Of a DNA stretch of 64,000 nucleotides, positions 43,998-53,230 are shown one piece after another. A model generated the notes under the pieces. The model searched no databases, had not been told where the DNA came from, and saw only the letters and a program-made list of their open reading frames with translations. Positions within the stretch are counted from its first letter, which is position 1, and every line of letters starts with the position of its first letter. The stretch lies in assembly GCA_963706595.1 (NCBI GenBank), contig OY970166.1:4800001-4864000 (forward strand). Direction: 5' to 3'. This DNA comes from an uncultured cyanobacterium. Its GTDB lineage: Bacteria; Cyanobacteriota; Cyanobacteriia; Cyanobacteriales; Nostocaceae. The position numbers and the translations under genes are program-made.

Positions 43998-45542
43998 TCA
44001 AACATGATTACTATCAAAGTTTTCAGCTTTAGGGCTATCACTCAAATTAGCCCGAAAATCTGATAAATTCTTGTGAACAGTTACCGTCTTTGGATGCTCA
44101 ACTCCTAAGACCTGCTGACAAATCTCTAAAGCTTGAATAAAAAGGAGTTCGGCTTGATCGTAGAGTCCCTGGGAATTGTAGAGTAATGCCAAGTTGTTAA
44201 GGCTGGTGGCGACATCGGGATGATTGTCCCCCCGCAGACGTTTTAAAATTTCTAAACCTTGAAGATACAGTGTTTCGGCTTGGTCGTAGCGTCCCTGGGA
44301 ATCGTATAGTCCTGCTAGGTTGTTGAGGCTAGCGGCGACATGGGGGTGATTGTCTCCCAGCAGGCGTTTTGAAAGTTCTAAACCTTGGATAAACAGGAGT
44401 TCGGCTTGGTCGTAGCGTCCTTGGGAATAGTAAAGTTCTGCCAAGTTATTGAGGCTGGTGGCGACATGGGGGTGATTGTCTCCCAACAGGCGTTTTGAAA
44501 GTTCTAAGCCTTGGATAAACAGGGGTTCAGCTTGGTCGTAGCGTCCTTGGGAATAGTAAAGTTCTGCCAGGTTGTTGAGGCTAGCGGCGACTAAGAGATG
44601 ATTGTCTCCTCGTAGGCGTGTTAAAAGTTCTAACGCTTGGAGAAACAAGGGTTCGGCTTTGTCGTAGCGTCCTTGGGAAGTGTAGAGATTTGCCAGATAA
44701 TTAAGACTAGTAGCTAAGTCGATTTTTAAACCTAAATCTGTTTGCAAATTAATCGCTTGTAAATAATATTTAATTGCTAGATTTTGTTCTTGTTGATAAT
44801 TTTGTGCTTCTCCTTTATCCAGTCGTCTTTGATAAATGCTTCCTAACTGCGAATATAAACTAATGAGTAATTTTGGATCTTGGTGATTATCTTGCTGTTC
44901 TAGCTGCTCAACTAACCTTTCTAAATCGGCAATTGGTAATCCCGAATATTTGCTATCATTTAAATTTGATAATTCACCATTTTCTAATATATTTCTGATT
45001 GGTTCAAACTCTTGAATATTAACAACATTTTTTGGTCTGCTGATAAAATGAAATACACCATTGCGCCAACTCCAAAAATCCGGGGCTTTTTTAATTAAGT
45101 TAACTAAAACCTGATTCGTTACCCATAGCACAATTGCAAAGGGAAATTCTCGCAGTGCTTCCCTTGTCCATTGCAAATAACCAAAAAACTTTTCTTGTTC
45201 AGATTGTGACTCGCCTAGCCTCAAAAAATAAAGTTGCTCCACACCCGTAACCGTAATTACTGCGGGTTGATGTTGCTGTAAATATTCTTCGCTTTCAACT
45301 AATTGCTGAATTGCAGCTTTTAAACTGGGTTCATTTCGTGCTAACATCACATGATAGCAACGGATATCTGGTTGTAACTCCGTTTGATAACGAGAAATAA
45401 TTTCTTGACGATAATTTTCATAATCGCAAACTGCAATTAACAAATTTAACCGTCCCACACCAGCTTCAATGGATACAATTAAATCATCATAAGCATCTTG
45501 ATTTTGCTCATCCAGATTATTTGAGGCTAGATTTGTCATCAT
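43998..45542 (-). CDS. TPR protein (five 42-aa repeats) with uncharacterised N-terminal domain
   Basis: (D/H)VA(T/A)SLNNLA.LY.SQGRYDQAE repeats. N-terminal domain contains APDFWSWR. Confidence 0.85.
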   Translation of the reverse strand: MMTNLASNNLDEQNQDAYDDLIVSIEAGVGRLNLLIAVCDYENYRQEIISRYQTELQPDIRCYHVMLARNEPSLKAAIQQLVESEEYLQQHQPAVITVTGVEQLYFLRLGESQSEQEKFFGYLQWTREALREFPFAIVLWVTNQVLVNLIKKAPDFWSWRNGVFHFISRPKNVVNIQEFEPIRNILENGELSNLNDSKYSGLPIADLERLVEQLEQQDNHQDPKLLISLYSQLGSIYQRRLDKGEAQNYQQEQNLAIKYYLQAINLQTDLGLKIDLATSLNYLANLYTSQGRYDKAEPLFLQALELLTRLRGDNHLLVAASLNNLAELYYSQGRYDQAEPLFIQGLELSKRLLGDNHPHVATSLNNLAELYYSQGRYDQAELLFIQGLELSKRLLGDNHPHVAASLNNLAGLYDSQGRYDQAETLYLQGLEILKRLRGDNHPDVATSLNNLALLYNSQGLYDQAELLFIQALEICQQVLGVEHPKTVTVHKNLSDFRANLSDSPKAENFDSNHV

Positions 45543-46822
45543 ATCAAACCCTCATCGCGCAACAATTCCACCACTATCGGATGTACGTCATACCAATTTT
45601 TACTATTGCGATATTCCAGAACGTACAAACCATGTAATAAATCGAGAAATGCTTGTTCTTTGGGATCTTCGGGTTTAGACTTTTGATAAGTATCTTGCAA
45701 TATTTTATATTCTGCACTACCCAATGGTAAAGAAAAGTCATTGCGAATTTTATTAATGGCTTGGTCTAAAATATCTGCATTAATTATAACAGTTCCGTCT
45801 GGTTGGCGACGAATTAACCGCAAACAAATTCGGCAACATTCGTTAGCAATCCGAATTAATTCCCGCAGAACCCCACCACTATTTAAAGCGATATTTTTGG
45901 CTATTTCCGGTTCAATTAAATCTGGTTGAATGCGTTTTTGGAGAATTTTACAGAGAATATCAAATGTTTCTTGACGTGGTTGTGCATCTGGCTGGCGACT
46001 ATCACCTTTAGCAAATAACTTTAAAACAGGCATAACCACAACTTGATCATTCGTTTCATTTTCAATAATTGGCTTGAGTGCAGTTTCTCTCAGTGCCGCA
46101 ATCGGAATTGTGTAAATAATCCGAAATCCTGGTAAACACAGGGCTTTAATGTTATCTTTATAAATATGATTAACAACACTCAAGTCAAGTTTATCTAAAT
46201 CATCAATAATTACTAAGATATCTTTTTTATATGCTGCTTGAATCGATGCCGCAATAATATTTAGCTGGGCAACTAATTCAGATATTTTGCGTTCAAATTC
46301 CTGTTTTATTTCGTAGCGAATTGTCGAATCTACTTTTAATTTAGTGCTAAGAACTTTTAATATACTGTTGTTGTTAGTTGCTTCAGCTTGAATGCTATTT
46401 TCTTCAGTGCGGGTGCGGGTAGTAAACCAGTTTTCTAAAGCATCTTTTGTAGATTGAGGAATATTTACTTGACGTGCTTCTGCCTCTAGCATTAAATTAA
46501 GGCCAATAGCAAACAAAATATTGATGTGATTCACATCAGACATTTCGATAGTGTCAGCAATGGAGAAAAACACCACAAAATACCTATCGTGAATATTGCG
46601 GCTAAATTCTGCCAGCAAAGTTGACTTACCACAACCACGATGTCCCGTAAAAATAATTTTGCCATCACTGCTAGGGCTATCTTCCACTAACTGTTCTAAT
46701 TCATCAATAGTATTCCCGCCATAATCAACCCGGAAATCTCTCAAATCTTTTTCCTGGGACAAAGGAAGCAATTCTAAGTTGCGGTAGGCTTCTTGAAAGG
46801 ACTTTAATAAATCTTTAGACAT
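45539..46822 (-). CDS. P-loop AAA/STAND-like ATPase
   Basis: Walker A GHRGCGKST, Walker B VIIDDLDK, SGGVLR, C-terminal VHP. ATGA overlap with the TPR gene. Confidence 0.85.
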   Translation of the reverse strand: MSKDLLKSFQEAYRNLELLPLSQEKDLRDFRVDYGGNTIDELEQLVEDSPSSDGKIIFTGHRGCGKSTLLAEFSRNIHDRYFVVFFSIADTIEMSDVNHINILFAIGLNLMLEAEARQVNIPQSTKDALENWFTTRTRTEENSIQAEATNNNSILKVLSTKLKVDSTIRYEIKQEFERKISELVAQLNIIAASIQAAYKKDILVIIDDLDKLDLSVVNHIYKDNIKALCLPGFRIIYTIPIAALRETALKPIIENETNDQVVVMPVLKLFAKGDSRQPDAQPRQETFDILCKILQKRIQPDLIEPEIAKNIALNSGGVLRELIRIANECCRICLRLIRRQPDGTVIINADILDQAINKIRNDFSLPLGSAEYKILQDTYQKSKPEDPKEQAFLDLLHGLYVLEYRNSKNWYDVHPIVVELLRDEGLI

Positions 46823-46995
46823 TGATATACAGCTTCTAAAATGGCTATCTATTCATATCATGGCGGCAAATGTCCTTAAAATAGTAATTTAATAAATTTA
46901 TTGTAGAACTCATATATATTCCTATTCCTGCTCCCTCTCCTTACTAAAGATAAGGTGTATACACAAATGATAGAAATTAATCCAAATCTTTTTAG

Positions 46996-47075
46996 GTAGG
47001 GTGTGTTGTCGCGTAGCGCAACGCACCATCCTATATCTTCGGTGCGTTAGGACTAACGTCCAGAACACACCCTAC
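46996..47075. repeat. REPIN-like pair of GTAG/CTAC palindromes
   Basis: GTAGGGTGTGTT...AACGCACC / GGTGCGTT...AACACACCCTAC. Confidence 0.7.
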
Positions 47076-47179
47076 TGGTGTGGCAAGCTTAAAATGTTGC
47101 ATTAGATTTTTGAGAAAATTGAGATAAATCAATGTTTTCTGCTTTTTACGTAATGCACTATTTTAAGCTTGCCACTCCA
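47076..47179. mobile_element. 104-bp MITE with about 29-bp imperfect TIRs and CTAC on both flanks
   Basis: TGGTGTGGCAAGCTTAAAATGTTGCATTA ... TAATGCACTATTTTAAGCTTGCCACTCCA. Confidence 0.78.
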
Positions 47180-47214
47180 CTACATTACTATCTATAAATA
47201 ACCTGTGCCTACCT

Positions 47215-47358
47215 ACTGAATTAGCGGTGAGAGGTTGACATACCTCCTCTTCCTGAAGGAGAGAGGATTCCTTAACGCTTCATTGGGTTGTGCTATCGAA
47301 ATAGTCTTACCATCCCTCGACGTTCGTTTAAAGTCTCCCAATGCCCTGTGGCGACTAT
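47215..47358 (-). ncRNA. Putative TnpB omegaRNA (reRNA) scaffold plus flank-derived guide
   Basis: Extended -10 TGgTAAAAT (47373-47365). Pairings CAUUGGG/CCCAAUG, CUAU-UUCG-AUAG, terminal RE hairpin, then GUCAA. Confidence 0.55.
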
Positions 47359-47440
47359 ATTCAAATTTTACCAGAAAGCCGTCCTAAAAGGCTTGTACTG
47401 AGCTTGCCGAAGTGACGGGGCTTGTATCCTATTATTCTCG
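47235..47440 (-). mobile_element. Non-autonomous IS200/IS605-derived element (left end + omegaRNA-like right end, no ORF)
   Basis: On the minus strand it starts after TTGAC, has LE hairpin GCCCCGTC..CTTTTAGGACGGC, and ends GAATCCTCTCTCCTTCAGGAAGAGGAGGTATGTCAA as in tnpB right ends. Confidence 0.72.
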
Positions 47441-47441
47441 G

Positions 47442-48005
47442 TCAATTCCTAGAGCAAGTTGAACCTGGAACATTTGCAGTTCTGAATTTATTACATTCTT
47501 TGGTAGTTGCACGCTCTAAAGACCAGTCATAGGGCTTATCAGAAGTGACAAGACCATTAGCCAGAGTTGTGAGTCGGAAGTGCGCCCCCCGAAAATTTGT
47601 CAACTGTAAATTGGCACCCTTCAAGTTAGCTGCTTCTAAATTGGCACTGATCAAACCAGCAAAAGACAAGTTAGCATTGGTCAATGATGCTGATTTTAAA
47701 TTTGTGCCTGTCAAAGAAGCCCCTGTTAAGTTGGCAGAATCTAGAACCGCAGCTTCTAAATTTGCGGATGTTAGGTCGGCACTGGTAAGATTCACTTGAG
47801 ATAAATTGGCACCCTTCAAGTTCGCACCTCGCAAATTTGCTCTCACCAGACTCATTTGAGTTAAATCAGCGCCACTCAAATCGCATCTAGGACAAGAGCC
47901 TGCTGTCTTCAACTGTTCCAAGTCTTGCTGGTTAACTGCAAAGGCTTGCTCTGTCAAACCCATACAAACTAACAGGGCGACACTAGCTACAATCTTGAGC
48001 TTCAT
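47442..48005 (-). CDS. Secreted pentapeptide repeat protein
   Basis: Signal peptide, CPRCDL, A(N/D)Lxx repeats. Confidence 0.9.
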   Translation of the reverse strand: MKLKIVASVALLVCMGLTEQAFAVNQQDLEQLKTAGSCPRCDLSGADLTQMSLVRANLRGANLKGANLSQVNLTSADLTSANLEAAVLDSANLTGASLTGTNLKSASLTNANLSFAGLISANLEAANLKGANLQLTNFRGAHFRLTTLANGLVTSDKPYDWSLERATTKECNKFRTANVPGSTCSRN

Positions 48006-48224
48006 AGTTTTACGGTGATTAACAAGGATGAAAAGTTATGCAATACTTAATACCACACTTAAACATATCCGAATTTTTCAGTAAATAACAAACATAAAGT
48101 GGTGGTGAAGAAACTATAAAAATCTGATAAATTCTAGTTATGGGACTACACAAAATTAGATTTAGGGTTTACAATAATTTTCGTAAGCAACTATACTGAA
48201 CCATTTATAGACTACCACATATGT

Positions 48225-48261
48225 GATCCCCCTAGCTTTTGTACCTTGAGCTAGGGGGATC
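48225..48261. terminator. Strong hairpin, likely terminator of the kinase gene
   Basis: GATCCCCCTAGCT...AGCTAGGGGGATC. Confidence 0.55.
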
Positions 48262-48370
48262 TTGTTTTGGGCATGGGGAGCAGGGTGCAGGGGAGCAGGG
48301 TGCAGGGAGCAGGGTGCAGGGTGAGTTGCAAATTAGTTTATCGGCTGCGTAACAACCTTTCCTTCCCAAA

Positions 48371-50131
48371 TCAACGCCAGCCTAAAAAGCGCAACCCAGG
48401 AACAATCAGGTAATAACTCACCCCTAACCAAAAACTCATCAAGAGACTCACCAAAGTGAAAAAAGCGATGGGTAAGGATAATGCCGACCAGAGGGGCTGT
48501 TCAGAAAATTGAAAAACAGTAGTTGGAAAGCCAAAAATAATTAACATTGCGAAGATAATTGCTGTCCCAAATGCGGCAACGACAGCATGAACTATGTGAT
48601 GGCTGCGAAAACCTATACTCAACGTGAACAGAAAAACTGCCACTAAAATTACTCCCAATAGTCCTTCGCCGCTATCTTTGGTGGTGATTAATTGCAAAAC
48701 TAACCAGCTCAACCCATAGCTGATCATACCCATGAGGGATGCTACTAAAAACCGTCGTCGTTGACCAAAACACCCCGATATTGTCAGTCCCCATGCAGTT
48801 CCTAAGCCCGCGCCGATGAATACTATAATTTCTGTTGCCATCACAGCTTGGCTATTACTCACTAATTCGGGTAGTTGACTAAAAATATATTCGGAGACTT
48901 GCTTTCCTAAAAAAGTTCGATAAGCTACGACAAACCCGATAATTGTACCTATACTAGCGCCCAAACCAGTTAGTAGCATTGCCCAAATTGTAGCTAAACA
49001 AGCTTGTAAGACTTGTAAAATTGCCTGAGCTATAAAAAGAACTGTTTTACCGATAGCTTTGGTGAGATTACCTAATGCTTGCTTAAGGGTTTGGATTAGG
49101 AGTGTAAATTTAGTGGAAATCTGTGTTGCTGTTTGCTGAACAGAGTCTTTGATTTGAGAAAATAACCCAGTCTGGGAAGTTGTGCCGATAATCTTAGTCA
49201 AGCGTTTCTGAATAATTTCTGCATTTACCGGACGCGATCGCACATCTTCGAGTATCATCTCATCTAGTAAATCTGCTAGTTTCGGGTTAACATTGACCCG
49301 ATTTCGCCAATGCAGAATCCCAGTTTGGGGGTCTTCCAACTCCGGCGGATATTTACCCGTAAGTAATTCAATCATTGTCCGACCGAGGGCATAAAAATCG
49401 GTCGCCGGGACTACATTACTACCTGTCATCTGTTCGGGGGGACTGTAACCAGAAGAATATAACTTAGTTGAACTAGACTCTCGACGCAGTTTAGCGGTGT
49501 TAAATTGTTTGACTCCACCAAAATCAATCAATACCAGTTCTTCTTTGTTTTCTCCTGGAGTCAGGGCTACAGGTGAGGAGGTTCGCAACATCAGATTAGA
49601 AGGTTTGATGTCTCGGTGAATAATCTGGCGTTTATGCAATTCCTGTAAAATTTTGACAGCCTGAGAAAACCAATTTAACACCAAATCCTCTGGACATCCT
49701 TGAGGATAATTTTGGACTCTGTGTTCTAGAGTCTGCCCATTAATTTTCTCCATCACCAGACAGGCTAGTAGATGTGGTTTAGGATTATTAGGTAAATTTA
49801 CCTGAAAATAACCATCAGATTCTACCCTGGGAACACCCGGATGGCGTAACTTAATTAAAACCTCTGCCTCTTGTGTAAATAATTCCAGTGCTTTTGGTGA
49901 ATTTTCCACCAAAACTTTGAGGACTTTCTCCTCTTGAGTTTTTTCATCCCAAACTGTGTAAATTTGGGCAAATCCTCCCGAACCCAAGGGTTGGAGAGGG
50001 ACATAACGATCTAGCAGCTGTAGCAGTGCGCCACAGCTGTTACAAAATTTGTTTCCCCAAGGTTGAGGATAAGGACGTTGACAATTAGGATTTATGCAGT
50101 GAACCGCACTCTTAGTGATGTGTGGACACAT
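48371..50131 (-). CDS. Ser/Thr protein kinase with N-terminal 4-Cys motif and C-terminal TM helices
   Basis: CINPNC..CNSCG, LGSGGFA, HRDIKPSN, DFG, multi-TM tail. Confidence 0.9.
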   Translation of the reverse strand: MCPHITKSAVHCINPNCQRPYPQPWGNKFCNSCGALLQLLDRYVPLQPLGSGGFAQIYTVWDEKTQEEKVLKVLVENSPKALELFTQEAEVLIKLRHPGVPRVESDGYFQVNLPNNPKPHLLACLVMEKINGQTLEHRVQNYPQGCPEDLVLNWFSQAVKILQELHKRQIIHRDIKPSNLMLRTSSPVALTPGENKEELVLIDFGGVKQFNTAKLRRESSSTKLYSSGYSPPEQMTGSNVVPATDFYALGRTMIELLTGKYPPELEDPQTGILHWRNRVNVNPKLADLLDEMILEDVRSRPVNAEIIQKRLTKIIGTTSQTGLFSQIKDSVQQTATQISTKFTLLIQTLKQALGNLTKAIGKTVLFIAQAILQVLQACLATIWAMLLTGLGASIGTIIGFVVAYRTFLGKQVSEYIFSQLPELVSNSQAVMATEIIVFIGAGLGTAWGLTISGCFGQRRRFLVASLMGMISYGLSWLVLQLITTKDSGEGLLGVILVAVFLFTLSIGFRSHHIVHAVVAAFGTAIIFAMLIIFGFPTTVFQFSEQPLWSALSLPIAFFTLVSLLMSFWLGVSYYLIVPGLRFLGWR

Positions 50132-50352
50132 TCCCTACAATACAAAGGCTGAACTGATTTTAACCTTTACCCTTGCCTTTGCGGCTTGAGATGGAAATTT
50201 TCCGCTAAATTCTAAAGTTTTGCTTTAGTTGTGAGATTACCGAAAGTCAGGTTAAAGTCTATAACTGGCAGTGATCACAGATGCGATCGCCTGTCTAAGA
50301 TGCAAGCTATTATAAATTGGAAAAATATGCAGCATACAGCCTGAGATTTAAA

Positions 50353-51378
50353 ATGAAAATAGCAGTTTTCAGTACCAAGGCCTATGATCGACAGTTTTTA
50401 GAGGCTGCAAATTCTCCCGCCCAACATGAGTTGGTTTTTTTTGAACCCCGCTTAAGTCGGAGTACCGCCATCTTAGCTGCTGGGTTTCCGGCTGTTTGCG
50501 TATTTGTGCATGATTTGGTTGATGCGCCCACTTTAAAAATTCTCGCTTCTGGGGGAACTCGCCTAATTGTTCTCCGGTGTGCCGGATTTAATAATGTCGA
50601 TTTACAAGCCGCAGGCGATTTGGGGATCAAAGTTGTGCGTGTTCCTGCTTATTCACCCTATGGAGTAGCAGAACACGCTGTAGGATTAATTTTAAGCCTC
50701 AATCGCAAAATTCCTCGTGCTTATAACCGCGTCCGGGAAGGTAATTTTTCGCTCACAGGACTGTTGGGATTTAACTTGAATGGTCGCACAGTCGGGATTA
50801 TTGGTACGGGTAAAATCGGTCTGATTTTGGGACAGATTATGAAGGGTTTTGGCTGCAATATACTTGCTTATGATGTATATCGCAACGCCGAATTAGAGAA
50901 ACTGGGCGGAAAGTATGTAGAGTTGCCTGAGTTATTTGCTAACTCTGATATTATTTCTTTACATTGTCCCCTGATGCCTGAAACTCATCATTTAATCAAT
51001 GCTGAGTCTATAGCCCAAATGAAGCAGAGAGTGATGTTAATTAACACCAGTCGAGGAGCGTTGATTGATACTCAAGCTGTGATTGAAGGTTTGAAGTCAG
51101 GCAAAATAGGCTTTTTGGGCGTGGATGTCTACGAACAAGAATCAGATTTATTCTTTGAGGATTTGTCTGCTGAAATTATCCAGGATGATGTTTTTCAACG
51201 CTTGACAACATTTCCCAACGTATTGATCACTGGGCATCAAGCCTTTTTTACAGAAGAAGCTCTCTATAATATTGCTGAAACAACTTTTGCTAATATTGCC
51301 GATATTGAACAGGGTCGTGCTTGTCCCAATGAGTTGATTTATCAACCAGAAGTTGCTGCTAAGGCGCTAGTTAGTTAA
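50353..51378 (+). CDS. ldhA: D-lactate dehydrogenase (2-hydroxyacid dehydrogenase)
   Basis: LRCAGFNNVD, RVPAYSP, GTGKIG, NTSRG, TGHQAF. ATG at 50353. Confidence 0.9.
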   Translation: MKIAVFSTKAYDRQFLEAANSPAQHELVFFEPRLSRSTAILAAGFPAVCVFVHDLVDAPTLKILASGGTRLIVLRCAGFNNVDLQAAGDLGIKVVRVPAYSPYGVAEHAVGLILSLNRKIPRAYNRVREGNFSLTGLLGFNLNGRTVGIIGTGKIGLILGQIMKGFGCNILAYDVYRNAELEKLGGKYVELPELFANSDIISLHCPLMPETHHLINAESIAQMKQRVMLINTSRGALIDTQAVIEGLKSGKIGFLGVDVYEQESDLFFEDLSAEIIQDDVFQRLTTFPNVLITGHQAFFTEEALYNIAETTFANIADIEQGRACPNELIYQPEVAAKALVS

Positions 51379-51605
51379 CTTCAAGCTTGATCTAGCAGAA
51401 CGAGTTAACACCAAATCTACAATAAAAGCCGCTCTCCCAAAAGTAGGGCGCTTTTTAGTATGAAAAACTTTTTCAATCTACAGTAGGAGTGCAACTTTTT
51501 ATTCAGCGCATAATATTAATACCATCAACATTTCATCCTGATCAAAAGGCAACCGTAGGACTTGGTGACAAAGTTCTTAAACGGTATTTAAGGGAAGAAA
51601 ATTAT

Positions 51606-52043
51606 ATGGCTAAAAATGATTACGAAGATAAATATACTGACCCTGACCTACGTAGTCAACTCAAGGAAGAAATTAAACACTCCGATAAAGGGGGTAAGCC
51701 TGGTCAGTGGTCTGCACGCAAAAGTCAGCTGCTGGTAAGGGAATATGAAAAACATGGTGGCGGCTACAAGCAGGCTGAAAAAGACGAAGCGGCGGAATCA
51801 CTAGAACAATGGTCTGACCAAGACTGGCAAACTGAAGCAGAAGAAGATCGCGCTCGTGAAGGCGAAGTCACTAAGCGCTATTTGCCGAAAGCAGTTTGGG
51901 ATCGACTTAGTGACGAGGAGAAACGAGAAGCTGAACAAACCAAGGAAGAAGCTTCGAGAGAAGGTCAGCAGCACGTCGAATGGACTCCCGCAATTAAAAG
52001 GGCTATGGACGAGGTTGAGGAAGCGTCAAAACATCAGCATTAG
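51606..52043 (+). CDS. Hydrophilic conserved hypothetical protein (DUF5872-like)
   Basis: KGGKPGQWSARKSQ....YEK.GGGY and RYLP...W motifs. ATG at 51606. Confidence 0.7.
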   Translation: MAKNDYEDKYTDPDLRSQLKEEIKHSDKGGKPGQWSARKSQLLVREYEKHGGGYKQAEKDEAAESLEQWSDQDWQTEAEEDRAREGEVTKRYLPKAVWDRLSDEEKREAEQTKEEASREGQQHVEWTPAIKRAMDEVEEASKHQH

Positions 52044-52047
52044 TTGA

Positions 52048-52305
52048 TTAGTCATGATCCGGCAACTGTTCCATCTCTTCGGCAATTAGGGTCTGAAAAT
52101 CCTCATCACAGTGAGTATGCAGATGAACGGCAGTCGCTAGCAGTTCCCCTAGTATTTCAGCTCGTTGATTAGGAGTTAAATGATGTAACTGTAGTTGATT
52201 AATTAAAGTTTGGACTCTACTACATTCTTTACCTAGTTCCGCAATGAAATTACTCAGAGTCGAATTCGTAACTGCAAGAGAGCGATCGCTAATCTGCATA
52301 TTCAT
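52048..52305 (-). CDS. Hypothetical acidic helical protein
   Basis: 85-aa ORF with an ATGA overlap with the upstream small gene. Confidence 0.6.
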   Translation of the reverse strand: MNMQISDRSLAVTNSTLSNFIAELGKECSRVQTLINQLQLHHLTPNQRAEILGELLATAVHLHTHCDEDFQTLIAEEMEQLPDHD

Positions 52306-52487
52306 TGTCCCAATCGTTTACGCGCTTGTTGTCTTGCCTTGTTAAAAGCACGAATTTCTTTTTCCCAATGCTTAATTAAATTGTAGTCAGAAAAATCTTT
52401 ATCTGATTCCAGTCTAATCTTTTCTTGGTGTTCAGTAATTCTCTGAGTTAAGGAATCAATAGCTTTTTTATGATGTTTTTTACCCAC
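52302..52487 (-). CDS. Small basic hypothetical protein
   Basis: GTG start at 52487 overlaps the peptidase stop (TAGTG). MGKKHHKKAIDSL..RI.EH..KI..HWEKEI. Confidence 0.6.
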   Translation of the reverse strand: MGKKHHKKAIDSLTQRITEHQEKIRLESDKDFSDYNLIKHWEKEIRAFNKARQQARKRLGQ

Positions 52488-53230
52488 TAATCGGCACGAT
52501 AGGCGATGCGGAGACTTTGGACTAAAATTACCAGAGATGCGATCGCCATCAATCCGCCCCAAAACCAGTAAGGTAAAAGTAAATACTTTTGCATTTGCCC
52601 AGTATCAGACAGTCCTAAAGGTCCAGCATTGTAACTAAATAAATAATTCAGTTGGTGGTAGGTACTCACACAGGCTTGTACACCTAGAAATTGAATGGCA
52701 AACTCCTGCATCCACCGGGGAGCTTTGAGGGAAGCACCCAAAATAATTATCCCTAGTATGGGAACTGCTAACAATCCAAACCAGGAACGTACCCAAAGTA
52801 AAGTTGAAAGTAATAAAACACCACCCAGTATTTTTAAACTCAGGGAAGTTACGGAAAAACGACGGGAAGCCAGAATTAAACCCGCACCAGCCAGAGGTGG
52901 CCCCATTGGACCGGCGGCGGCGACTAAAGCTGGGCCAATTGGCCATAGCGCTTGCGAAATGCTATAGCTAGCAACGCCAGAACCATTACTAAAAATTTGT
53001 AATTGATGAAACCTTCCCCCTAATAGCACAGCCATCAAGCCGTGACCCATTTCATGGAACCAAGTGGCCAGGATGCTAAAAGGGTATAAAATATAATCTC
53101 CGCCGGGAATTTGCCACAACACAATAGTGGCGATCGCTGCTGTAATTAACCAAGTTAGCCCCATACGTTCAACGGCTGGCGGAGCTTCATTAGTCAGCCG
53201 TGGTTGAAAATCTTTTCCTGGTTCCCTCAT
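52487..53230 (-). CDS. M50B-like intramembrane metallopeptidase
   Basis: HEMGH zinc motif, AAGP, SD motif, multi-TM. Confidence 0.85.
   Translation of the reverse strand: MREPGKDFQPRLTNEAPPAVERMGLTWLITAAIATIVLWQIPGGDYILYPFSILATWFHEMGHGLMAVLLGGRFHQLQIFSNGSGVASYSISQALWPIGPALVAAAGPMGPPLAGAGLILASRRFSVTSLSLKILGGVLLLSTLLWVRSWFGLLAVPILGIIILGASLKAPRWMQEFAIQFLGVQACVSTYHQLNYLFSYNAGPLGLSDTGQMQKYLLLPYWFWGGLMAIASLVILVQSLRIAYRAD

Noticed and set aside
44095..44725. 126-bp repeats as a CRISPR array or DGR template/variable pair
   Set aside because: They are in-frame TPR units. No reverse transcriptase is present, and no adenine-specific mismatch pattern was evident by eye.
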